Assembly: GCA_019244185.1 (NCBI GenBank)
Contig: JAFATB010000019.1
Span: forward strand, 30,525-94,524
DNA length: 64,000 bases
Source of the DNA: Acidobacteriota bacterium
Lineage (GTDB): Bacteria; Acidobacteriota; Thermoanaerobaculia; Gp7-AA8
Direction: 5' to 3'
A program made the position numbers and the translations under genes. Below the pieces are notes generated by a model. It had not been told where the DNA came from, made no database searches, and saw nothing but the letters and a program-made list of their open reading frames with translations. Shown here piece by piece: positions 51,295-61,804 of the stretch; position 1 is the first letter of the stretch; every line of letters begins with the position of its first letter.

Positions 51295-52708
51295 CTTCAT
51301 CAACGGCACCTTCGTCCCCCCGCGCGCGAACGCCTACCTCGACGACGTCGAGCCCGCCACCGGCGAAGTGCTCGCGCACGTTCCCGACTCCGACAGTCAA
51401 GATGTTGACGATGCCGTGCGCGCGGCGAAGGCGGCGTTCCCCGCGTGGGCGGCGATGCACGCCGAGCAGCGCAGCCGGTTGCTGCTGAAGCTCGCGGAGC
51501 TCATCGAACAGAACCTCGACGAGCTCGCGCAACTCGAGAGCCGCGACAACGGCAAGTCGGTCTCGCTCGCGCGGCGGCTGGACATCCCGCGCGCGGTGGC
51601 GAACTTCCGTTTCTTCGCCACGGCCATCCTGCATCACGCCAGCGAGGCGCACATCGCCGACGGGCACGCGCTCAACTACACGCTGCGCCAGCCGATCGGC
51701 ATTGCGGGTCTGATCTCGCCGTGGAACCTGCCGCTGTATCTGCTGTCGTGGAAGATCGCGCCTGCGCTCGCGTGCGGCAATACGTGCGTGGCCAAGCCTT
51801 CCGAGCTGACGCCGTTGACGGCGCAGCGGCTCGCGGAGCTTTCGCTCGATGCCGGCATTCCGCCGGGCGTCCTCAACATCGTGCACGGCTACGGCGCGAA
51901 AGCCGGCGCCGCGCTCTGCGAACACCCCGACGTGCCGCTGATCTCGTTCACGGGCGGCACCGTCACCGGCGCGAAGGTCGCCGCAACCGCGGCGCCGAAA
52001 TTCAAGAAGCTCTCGCTGGAGCTCGGCGGCAAGAACCCGAACCTCATCTTCGCCGACGCCGATCTCGACGAAGCCGTGTCGACGTCGATCCGCTCGAGCT
52101 TCTGGAATCAGGGCGAGATCTGTCTCTGCGGCTCGCGCATCTTCGTCGAGCGCTCGATCTACGACGCGTTCCTCGAACGCTTCGTGGCCGCGACGAAGCA
52201 GCTGCGCATCGGCGATCCGGCCGATCCACAAACCGATGTCGGCGCGCTGATCAGCGCCGCGCACCTCGAGAAAGTCACCGGCTATCTCCGCCTCGCCGAA
52301 GAAGAAGGCGGCACGATCGTCACCGGCGGCAAGCGCGTCGATCGTCCCGGCTTCTTTCTCGAGCCCGCGGTGATCACGGGCCTCGGCTGCGACTGCCGCG
52401 TCCTGCAGGAAGAGATCTTCGGACCCGTCGTCACCATCACGCCGTTCGACGCGGAAGACGACGCGATCGCGTTCGCGAACTCGACGCGCTACGGACTTTC
52501 GGCAACAGTGTGGACGCGCGATCTGCAGCGCGCGCATCGCGTCGCGGCGAAGCTCGACGCCGGCACGATCTGGATCAACTGCTGGCTATTGCGCGATCTG
52601 CGCGTGCCGTTCGGCGGCGTCAAAGACAGCGGCGTGGGACGCGAGGGCGGCGTCGATTCACTGCATTTTTTCACCGAGCCGAAGAACATCTGTGTGAAGC
52701 TGTCCTGA
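51281..52708 (+). CDS. Aldehyde dehydrogenase, 2-aminomuconate/2-hydroxymuconate semialdehyde dehydrogenase type
   Basis: DIPRAVANFRFFA, ISPWNLPLYLLSWKIAPAL, LELGGKNP, NQGEICLCGSR, WLLRDLRVPFGG. Confidence 0.88.
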   Translation: MRLANFINGTFVPPRANAYLDDVEPATGEVLAHVPDSDSQDVDDAVRAAKAAFPAWAAMHAEQRSRLLLKLAELIEQNLDELAQLESRDNGKSVSLARRLDIPRAVANFRFFATAILHHASEAHIADGHALNYTLRQPIGIAGLISPWNLPLYLLSWKIAPALACGNTCVAKPSELTPLTAQRLAELSLDAGIPPGVLNIVHGYGAKAGAALCEHPDVPLISFTGGTVTGAKVAATAAPKFKKLSLELGGKNPNLIFADADLDEAVSTSIRSSFWNQGEICLCGSRIFVERSIYDAFLERFVAATKQLRIGDPADPQTDVGALISAAHLEKVTGYLRLAEEEGGTIVTGGKRVDRPGFFLEPAVITGLGCDCRVLQEEIFGPVVTITPFDAEDDAIAFANSTRYGLSATVWTRDLQRAHRVAAKLDAGTIWINCWLLRDLRVPFGGVKDSGVGREGGVDSLHFFTEPKNICVKLS

Positions 52709-53976
52709 TGGACGAGCTCGATTCGCAGAGCATTCGCTGGCATCCGGCCACGCGCGTCCTCTTCCGCTTCGCCTTCGCCTTCTTCGTCCTCATCAACGCG
52801 CCGTTCCCGCTCGACTACATCCCGGGTGTCGGCAGCGCGTGGATGAAGATGTGGCAGGCGGCGGTGCCCGTGATCGCCGAGCGCGTCTTCCGCGTGAAGA
52901 CGCCGATGCTGCCGAACGGCAGCGGCGACACGACGTGGAACTGGGTCCAGATCGCGACGATGCTCGCCGTCGCGCTCCTCGTCACGATCGTCTGGAGCGT
53001 CCTCGATCGCCGCCGCACGCAGTACACGTGGCTGCACGAGGCGCTGCGCATCTACGTCCGCTTCGCGCTCGCGCTCACGATGATCTTCTACGGCATGGAC
53101 AAGGTGATGGTGGCGCAGTTCCCGCCGCCGTCGCTCGAGAAGCTCGCGCAGCTGTACGGCGACTCCTCGCCGATGGGCGTGCTGTGGGCTTTCATGGGCT
53201 ACTCGAACGCGTATCAATGTCTCACCGGACTCGTGGAAACCGTCGCCGGCATCCTGCTCACGTTCCGCCGCACGACGCTCCTCGGCGCCTGCGTCTCGAT
53301 CATCGCGATGACGAACGTCGTTGCGCTGAATTTCTTCTTCGACGTGCCGGTGAAGATCTACTCGTCCGAGCTCCTGCTGATGGCGGTCTTTCTCACCGTA
53401 CGCGATCTGCCGCGGCTCGCGCGTTTCTTTCTCGATCAGCCCGCCGACGCGCCGCCACCGCCGCCGCTGCGCATGCGTCCGTGGGTGCGCCTCACGGCGA
53501 TCGTCGTGCGCAACGTGCTCATCGCGCTCTACATCTACCAGTGCGTCGAGCACGTCCACGACATCCGCAAGTACATGGAAGTGGGCCTCGAGTCGCCGCT
53601 GCGCGGCGTATGGAACGTCGACGAGCTCGTGTTCGACGGCAAGCCGCGCCCGCCGCTGACGACCGACTTCACGCGCTGGCGCCGCGTGGTCATCGACCGT
53701 CCCGGCTTTCTCTCGATCTACTCGATGGAAGACAAACGGCAGCGCTTCACGGCCAAAGTCGACGAGAAGAAGCAGACCATCGACGTCGAAGACCGCGACA
53801 ACGCGAGCGTGAAGTTCACGCTGCACTACCAGCGTCCCGCGCGCGACGTGCTGGTGCTCGACACGAACGCGCTGGGTCACGCGATCCACGCGACGTGCAG
53901 GCGCCGCGCGGACCAGAACTTCTTCCTGGTCACGCGCGGCTTCCACTGGGTCAACGAACAGCCGCTGAATCGCTAG
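52708..53976 (+). CDS. DoxX-like polytopic membrane protein
   Basis: NGSGDTT, YGMDK..QF, SPMGVLWAFMG, NFFFDVPVK, RGFHWVNE. Confidence 0.75.
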   Translation: MDELDSQSIRWHPATRVLFRFAFAFFVLINAPFPLDYIPGVGSAWMKMWQAAVPVIAERVFRVKTPMLPNGSGDTTWNWVQIATMLAVALLVTIVWSVLDRRRTQYTWLHEALRIYVRFALALTMIFYGMDKVMVAQFPPPSLEKLAQLYGDSSPMGVLWAFMGYSNAYQCLTGLVETVAGILLTFRRTTLLGACVSIIAMTNVVALNFFFDVPVKIYSSELLLMAVFLTVRDLPRLARFFLDQPADAPPPPPLRMRPWVRLTAIVVRNVLIALYIYQCVEHVHDIRKYMEVGLESPLRGVWNVDELVFDGKPRPPLTTDFTRWRRVVIDRPGFLSIYSMEDKRQRFTAKVDEKKQTIDVEDRDNASVKFTLHYQRPARDVLVLDTNALGHAIHATCRRRADQNFFLVTRGFHWVNEQPLNR

Positions 53977-53983
53977 CGTCGAT

Positions 53984-56078
<2,095 letters not shown>

Positions 56079-56092
56079 TGCGCGCGCGCCAG

Positions 56093-56127
56093 TTGACCTG
56101 CCGCGACGCGTCGCGCATTCTGCGCCG
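56093..56127 (+). promoter_or_regulatory. Candidate sigma70 leaderless promoter for the alpha-RidA fusion gene
   Basis: TTGACC-N17-CATTCT-N6-GTG(56128); no SD. Confidence 0.5.
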
Positions 56128-57552
56128 GTGATTCAGAAGGCGTACATCGTTCCGGGCCAGCCGCATCCGCTCCTCGCGCCGGAGAAAAATGCCGGATGGG
56201 CGTCGCTGCGGCGCAGCTACGAGGCCGTCGGGAAGGAAATCGAGCGTTCCGGAGCGGAGCTGATCCTGCTTTATTCGACGCAGTGGTTCTCCGTCATCGG
56301 GCATCTCTTCCAGATCGACCCGAAGCCGAAGTGGACGCTCGTCGATCAGAACTGGTACGCGCTCGGCGAGATCCCGTACGAGTTCCGCATCGAACCGGAG
56401 TTCGGCAAGCTCTACGCGCGCCTGTGCAAAGAGCACGGCATGCAGGCGGCGACGGTCGCGTATCACGGCTTCCCGATCGACACCGGCACTGTCGTCGCGC
56501 TGAAGCTTCTCAACCCGAACAACGCCATCCCCGCGTCGGTCGTCTCGTGCAACATCTACGCGGAGCGCGAGGAAACGCGCGCGCTGGGATTCGCCGCGCG
56601 TGCCGCGATCGAGGCGTACGGCAAGAAGACGATCGTCGTCTGCGTGACGAATCTCTCGAACCGTTACGAGGTCGCGGACATCGATCCCGCGCACGACCGC
56701 ATCTCGTCGCAGAAAGACGACGAGTGGAACCGCAAGATCCTGGAGATGTTCGGCGAGGGTCGGCTCGAAGACGTCGCGCAGGTCGCCCGCGACTTCGCGC
56801 GCGAGGCCAACGCCGACATGAACTTCAAGGCGATCTGGTGGCTCGGCGCGGTGATGGGCGAGCACAACAAGTACGACGGCAAGGTGTGGGATTACCAGCC
56901 GGTGTGGGGTACCGGCAACGCCATCGTCGAGCTCACGCCGAACGACCGCAAGCAGATGGACTGGGAGAAGGAGTTCGACGAGGGACCGGTCCCGGAGTTC
57001 GCGGCGGGCGGTACCGGACTCGAGTCGCATAACGTGCTCGCCGAAGGGCCGGACGTGCACCGGCAGAGCGAGCTCTCGTCGCAGGACGATTACGGCGGCG
57101 CCGCGCCCGCGTCCTCGCAGACGGCTGCTGCAGCGCAGCCGCCGCAGATCATCCGCAGCGAACGCGCGCCGAAGCCGGTGGGGCCGTATCCGCACGCGCG
57201 CCGCGTCGGCGACTTTCTCTTCCTCTCCGGCATCGGTCCGCGCACGCCGGGCACGAACGAGATCCCCGGCCTGCTGCGCGACGGTGCGGGCAGCGTCATC
57301 GGCCACGACATCGACGTCCAGACGCGCGCGTGCATCGAGAACGTGAAGACGATCCTCGAGGAAGCGGGCAGCTCGCTCGCGAAGGTGCTCGACGTGACGG
57401 TGTATCTCACCGACATGCAGGGCGACTTCGCGCGCTTCAACGAGGTCTACGCGGAATACTTCGGCACGATCCAGCCGACGCGCACGACCGTCGGCGTCGA
57501 CTCGCTGCCGACGCCGATCGCGGTCGAGTTGAAGGTCATCGCCGCGGCGTGA
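56128..57552 (+). CDS. Fusion: 2-aminophenol 1,6-dioxygenase alpha subunit-like domain + RidA/YjgF (2-aminomuconate deaminase-like) domain
   Basis: VPGQPHP, YSTQW, VDQNW, FPIDTGT, DDEWN, DMNFK; about 60-aa linker; APKPVGPYPHARRVGDFLFLSGIGPR..PTRTTV..LPTPIAVELK. Confidence 0.88.
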   Translation: MIQKAYIVPGQPHPLLAPEKNAGWASLRRSYEAVGKEIERSGAELILLYSTQWFSVIGHLFQIDPKPKWTLVDQNWYALGEIPYEFRIEPEFGKLYARLCKEHGMQAATVAYHGFPIDTGTVVALKLLNPNNAIPASVVSCNIYAEREETRALGFAARAAIEAYGKKTIVVCVTNLSNRYEVADIDPAHDRISSQKDDEWNRKILEMFGEGRLEDVAQVARDFAREANADMNFKAIWWLGAVMGEHNKYDGKVWDYQPVWGTGNAIVELTPNDRKQMDWEKEFDEGPVPEFAAGGTGLESHNVLAEGPDVHRQSELSSQDDYGGAAPASSQTAAAAQPPQIIRSERAPKPVGPYPHARRVGDFLFLSGIGPRTPGTNEIPGLLRDGAGSVIGHDIDVQTRACIENVKTILEEAGSSLAKVLDVTVYLTDMQGDFARFNEVYAEYFGTIQPTRTTVGVDSLPTPIAVELKVIAAA

Positions 57553-57556
57553 GCGC

Positions 57557-58624
57557 TCACGACGCGCGCGTCGAGTCGTAGGCGGTCATGAGCCGCTCGG
57601 CCGCGCGCGGGTAGCCGAACTCCAGCGAGCGCTGGTACACCGCGCGCCGCAGCGGCTCGGGCTCGCGCGCGAGAAGGTCGGCGGCGAGCGCGGCGAGGGC
57701 GCCCGGCGCCGCGGCGCTCGCCACGTGTGCGCGGCCGGTGAGCGCGAGGACGCCTTCGATTGGATAGACGGCCGGCGGCACGCCGCACGCCATCGCCTCG
57801 AGCACGGCGCGATGACCTTCGTCGGAGCCGCGCGCGGTGAAGAAGAGCAGATCCGCGGCGCGGTAATGCTCGGCGAGATCGTCCTCGTGATAGCCGGCCC
57901 AGAGCACATCATCCGCGACGCCGAGCTCGCGAGAGAGCGTTTCCAGCGCCGGCCGATGCTCGCCGTGGCCGATGATCATCAGGCGCACCTTCGTCGTCGA
58001 CGCGCGCAACTCCGCGAACGTCCGCAGCGCGTCTTCGAAGCCGCGTCCCGCGGAGAGCTTGCCGATCACGGTGACGAGCTTCGTTTCCGGCGCGATGCCG
58101 TACTGCGCGCGCACGTCGCCGCCCGCGGGCGTGAACTGCCGGTGATCGAGCGGCGGCGGCGTGAAGGTGACCTCGCGCCCGCCGAAGACCGGCGCGCCGA
58201 GGAACGCGTCGTTGATCGCGAAGAGATGCGCGGTGCGCGCGATGAGCGAGCGCGTGAAGACGTCCGAGCGCAGCACGCGCCGCGCGTGGAACGTGCGCGC
58301 GAGCCGCAGGCGCGGATGGTTGCGCGAGACGGCGCGCGCGAGCCAGTGGTCGTAGGTGAGATGCGCGTGCAGGACGTCGAAGCCGTGCTGGTGGACCATC
58401 CGGTCGAGCGCGCCGAGGGAGCGGACGAACGTCATCGGGTTCTGCGCCTTCTCGATGAGCGGATGCGCGAAGTCGTGATGCTCGAGCTTCGCCTGCAGCT
58501 TGTAGCCGCCGACGTACGCGTAGTGCGCGTCGACGCCGGCCGCGCGCAAGGCTTCGACTTCGGCGAAGGCCGGTGCCGCGGCGCCGGTCCAGCGGTTGCC
58601 CGCGGCGAGATGGAGAACGCGCAT
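57557..58624 (-). CDS. Glycosyltransferase family 4
   Basis: MRVLHL, DVLHAH, IGKLSAGRG, DEGHRAVLEAMACGVP. Confidence 0.85.
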   Translation of the reverse strand: MRVLHLAAGNRWTGAAAPAFAEVEALRAAGVDAHYAYVGGYKLQAKLEHHDFAHPLIEKAQNPMTFVRSLGALDRMVHQHGFDVLHAHLTYDHWLARAVSRNHPRLRLARTFHARRVLRSDVFTRSLIARTAHLFAINDAFLGAPVFGGREVTFTPPPLDHRQFTPAGGDVRAQYGIAPETKLVTVIGKLSAGRGFEDALRTFAELRASTTKVRLMIIGHGEHRPALETLSRELGVADDVLWAGYHEDDLAEHYRAADLLFFTARGSDEGHRAVLEAMACGVPPAVYPIEGVLALTGRAHVASAAAPGALAALAADLLAREPEPLRRAVYQRSLEFGYPRAAERLMTAYDSTRAS

Positions 58625-58646
58625 GTTTTGCTATAGTTCGCGCGCC

Positions 58647-58886
58647 ATGGCCGTCGACGCCGAACTCCTCGAGATTCTAGCCTGCCCGCTCTGCAAGCAG
58701 GAGGTGAAGCTCGTCCCGCTGACGCCGGCGCGCGCCACCGCCGTGCGCGACAAGTTCCGCGAGAAGTTCCGCGGCGAAGAGCCGGTCGTCGAACAGGGGC
58801 TGCAGTGCGTCAAGTGCGGCCGCGTGTATCCGATCGTCAGCGACATCCCCGTGATGCTCGTTGAAGAAGCTTTCGAAGAGGCGTGA
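58647..58886 (+). CDS. Trm112/YcaR-like protein with internal insertion
   Basis: LLEILACPLCK..LQCVKCGRVYPIVSDIPVML. Confidence 0.85.
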   Translation: MAVDAELLEILACPLCKQEVKLVPLTPARATAVRDKFREKFRGEEPVVEQGLQCVKCGRVYPIVSDIPVMLVEEAFEEA

Positions 58887-60103
58887 ATCCTCGCGTCAAC
58901 GAAGGCGCGAATCGTTCGGCGCTGCTCGCCTGGGCGTGCGGCCTCTATCTCGCGCACATCCTTCTGCAAGGAAAAATCGCACTCTCCGAGCTGAGCGCGT
59001 TCTGGGCGATCTTCTGCCTCGGCTGGGCCATCGCCCGCGGCGAGGCGCGCTTCTCGTTTCACATCCTCTACTACCCGCTCCTCGTGTACGGCGCCGCGTC
59101 GACGCTTTCCGCGCTCGCGGCCTCGCGCCGCATCCATCAGGGCGCCGAAGGGATGCTCTGGTTCAAGATGCTGATCTTCCCGGCGGCGCTGATCCTCTTC
59201 CGCCACTTCCCGAAGCTGCGCGAGCGGACGATCTGGGCGCACGCGATCTTCGCGGCCGGCATCGCCACGTGGGGACTCTTCCAGTTCGTCTTCCTCGACC
59301 GGCGCGATCTCGAGCATCGCATTCAGGGTCCGTCGACGCACGTCATGACGTTCTCGGGCCTCCTGCTCCCGCTCTCGCTCATGTTCCTGCTCCTCTGGTG
59401 GCACGAGCGGAAGCCGTGGCAGCTCGTGGTCACGCTCGTGGTCACGCTGACGCTGCTCCTCACGTTCACGCGCAGCGTCTGGCTCGGCTGGGTCGCCGCC
59501 GCGGCGACGGTGCTGCTGATGACGCGCGCCCGCGCGCGCATCGCGCTCTACGCGCTGCCGGTGCTGATCCTCTTCGTCACGTTCCTGCCGCTGTCGCTCT
59601 TCAGCCGCCTGATGTCGACGTTCGACACGAGCCAGTCGTCGAACTTCGACCGCATCCGCATGGTCGAAGCCGGCGTCGAGATGATCCGCGACCACCCTCT
59701 CCTCGGCGTCGGTCCCGCGAACGTGAAAGAGGTGTATCCGCTCTATCGCAGACAGGACGCGCCGCGGCCGCGGCCGCCGCATCTCCACAACAACGTCGTG
59801 CAGCTGTGGGCCGAACGCGGCATCCTCGGGCTCGCCGCGTACGTGCTGCTGCTCACGCTCTTCCTGCGTGAATGCGCGCGGGCGCGGCGCGGACCGCAGC
59901 GCATGTGGGGAGAGATCGGCATCGCCGTGGCCGTCAGCCTCACGGTGGCGGGACTCTTCGAGTTCAACTTCGGGGATACCGAGGTGTTTTATCTGATGCT
60001 CAACCTCTTCGCGCTCGTGGTCGCTTCGAGCGAAGAGCTCGCCGAGCAGCCTGAGCCGCGGACGAATGAACTGCGGACACCGCTTGTTGCCACGAGCGCG
60101 TAA
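58883..60103 (+). CDS. O-antigen ligase (WaaL/Wzy_C) family membrane protein
   Basis: TFTRS, RIRM..DHPLLGVG, HLHNN..AERGILG. Confidence 0.88.
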   Translation: MNPRVNEGANRSALLAWACGLYLAHILLQGKIALSELSAFWAIFCLGWAIARGEARFSFHILYYPLLVYGAASTLSALAASRRIHQGAEGMLWFKMLIFPAALILFRHFPKLRERTIWAHAIFAAGIATWGLFQFVFLDRRDLEHRIQGPSTHVMTFSGLLLPLSLMFLLLWWHERKPWQLVVTLVVTLTLLLTFTRSVWLGWVAAAATVLLMTRARARIALYALPVLILFVTFLPLSLFSRLMSTFDTSQSSNFDRIRMVEAGVEMIRDHPLLGVGPANVKEVYPLYRRQDAPRPRPPHLHNNVVQLWAERGILGLAAYVLLLTLFLRECARARRGPQRMWGEIGIAVAVSLTVAGLFEFNFGDTEVFYLMLNLFALVVASSEELAEQPEPRTNELRTPLVATSA

Positions 60104-60107
60104 CCGC

Positions 60108-60136
60108 AGAACCTTTCGTCCCATGGGTCCGTCGAA
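60108..60136 (+). promoter_or_regulatory. Candidate ECF sigma autoregulatory promoter
   Basis: GAACC (60109-13)-N16-CGTCGAA (60130-36), matching the AAC..CGT ECF pattern. Confidence 0.55.
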
Positions 60137-60155
60137 GAGCAGAGAAATCGGGGAG

Positions 60156-60737
60156 ATGAAGCACCTGAGCGATCAGGAGTTGATGCGCATCGTTCAGGGC
60201 GGCGACTACTCCCCCGCGTCGGAGATCTACGACCGCTACAGCGGCAGGATCTACAACTTCGCCTTCCGCTTTCTGAAGAACGCGGAGGCGGCGGAAGACG
60301 CGACTCAGGAAGTCTTCGTCAAGATGCTCAGGTACGCGAACCAGTTTCACGGCGACGCCAAGTTGTCGACATGGCTCTTCTCGATCACGGCGAACTGGTG
60401 CCGCGATTACCTGCGCAAGGCGGACAACCGGAACAAGGAATCGGAAGAAGTGCTGATCAGTCTGCCGGCGTCGAGCGAGCACGCGCCGGACCGGAATCTC
60501 GAACAGCGCGAGAACGAACAGCGGGTCCGCCGCGCGCTCGAGGCGCTCACGCCCGAACAGCGCGAGGCCATCCTGCTGTCGCGGTATCAGGGACTGTCGT
60601 ACGCCGAGATCGCGCAGATCGCCGGCTGCTCGGAAGGCGCCGTGAAAACGCGCGTCTTCCGCGCCATGGAAACGCTCAAACGCACGCTCACCGCTGAGGC
60701 GAGCGGAGGTGACCGATGTCTGAATGTAGTGCCGTGA
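60156..60737 (+). CDS. ECF RNA polymerase sigma factor
   Basis: AEDATQEVF, LSTWLFSITAN, LSYAEIA, GAVKTRVFRA; SD GGGGAG. Confidence 0.93.
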   Translation: MKHLSDQELMRIVQGGDYSPASEIYDRYSGRIYNFAFRFLKNAEAAEDATQEVFVKMLRYANQFHGDAKLSTWLFSITANWCRDYLRKADNRNKESEEVLISLPASSEHAPDRNLEQRENEQRVRRALEALTPEQREAILLSRYQGLSYAEIAQIAGCSEGAVKTRVFRAMETLKRTLTAEASGGDRCLNVVP

Positions 60738-61804
60738 ACGAGAGCATGCCGCTGCTGCTCACCGAGTCGCTCGACGCGCAGCGGCGGGAGCTCGCGCACC
60801 AGCACATCGAAAGCTGCGCCGTCTGCGGCGAGGAGTGGAGCGCCTTCAAAGAGACGTGGGCCACGCTCGGCGACCTGCCGGAAGTCGAGGTGCCGCCGCG
60901 CGTGCGCGCGCGCTTCCTCGAACGCGCCGGACTCGCCGAACGAGACGACGTCGGCGAGCTCGTGCCGATGCCGGCGCGGACGCCGGAGCCGGTGCGCGAA
61001 CGCGAGCGCGACAACGTCGTGCCGTTCCATCGCCGCTCCGCGTTCAAGTGGGTCGCGCAGGCCGCGGCCGTCGTCGTGCTCGCCGGCGGCGGCTACCTCG
61101 CCGGACATCGCAGCGCGCCGATTCTGCCGACGACCGACGCGCAGCTGACGAGCGTCACGCCGCGGACGCAGCGCGTCGCCGACGTGCGTCCGATGTCGAT
61201 CGCGGAGACGCGCGTCATCGACGCCGACGCGGTGAGCCCGATCATCGAAGGCCGTCCGAACATCGCCAACGTGCAGCTCGTCGACTCCGACGCCAGCGAC
61301 AACCAGATCGGCGTCGCGTTCGACATCACCTCGCGCTGGACCGTCACCGGCAGCCCGAAGGACAAGAGCATGGTGCGCCTGCTGTCGTACATGCTCGAGA
61401 ACGAAGGCGCGATCTCGCCGCGCTCGAACGCCATGGAGTGGGTGCGCCGCACGTACTCCGATCCGCAGAACGCGAACCCCGAGATCGCCAACGCTCTCGC
61501 CAAGGTGCTGCGCAGCAGCGACTCGCACGAGGGCGTGCGCATCCGCGCCGTCGAGACGCTGACGAACCTGCCGCCCGCGGTGGCCACGCAGACGCGCGAC
61601 GCGCTCATCAGCGCGCTCCAGAGCGATCCGAATCCGGCCGTGCGCATCAAGGCCGTCGAAGCGCTCGCGAACATGGCCCGCAGCGGCGCCGTCCTCGATC
61701 AGACCACCGTCGACACCCTGCGCAGCAAGGCCGCGCAGGATGACGAGAACCTCTACGTCCGCGTGAAAGCCGCGGAAGCTCTGAGCAACCTCAAGCCGGA
61801 ATGA
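60716..61804 (+). CDS. Zinc anti-sigma factor (zf-HC2) with TM and extracytoplasmic HEAT repeats
   Basis: HIESCAVC; TM WVAQAAAVVVLAGGGYLAG; repeats VRIRAVETL / VRIKAVEAL / VRVKAAEAL. Confidence 0.85.
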   Translation: MSECSAVNESMPLLLTESLDAQRRELAHQHIESCAVCGEEWSAFKETWATLGDLPEVEVPPRVRARFLERAGLAERDDVGELVPMPARTPEPVRERERDNVVPFHRRSAFKWVAQAAAVVVLAGGGYLAGHRSAPILPTTDAQLTSVTPRTQRVADVRPMSIAETRVIDADAVSPIIEGRPNIANVQLVDSDASDNQIGVAFDITSRWTVTGSPKDKSMVRLLSYMLENEGAISPRSNAMEWVRRTYSDPQNANPEIANALAKVLRSSDSHEGVRIRAVETLTNLPPAVATQTRDALISALQSDPNPAVRIKAVEALANMARSGAVLDQTTVDTLRSKAAQDDENLYVRVKAAEALSNLKPE

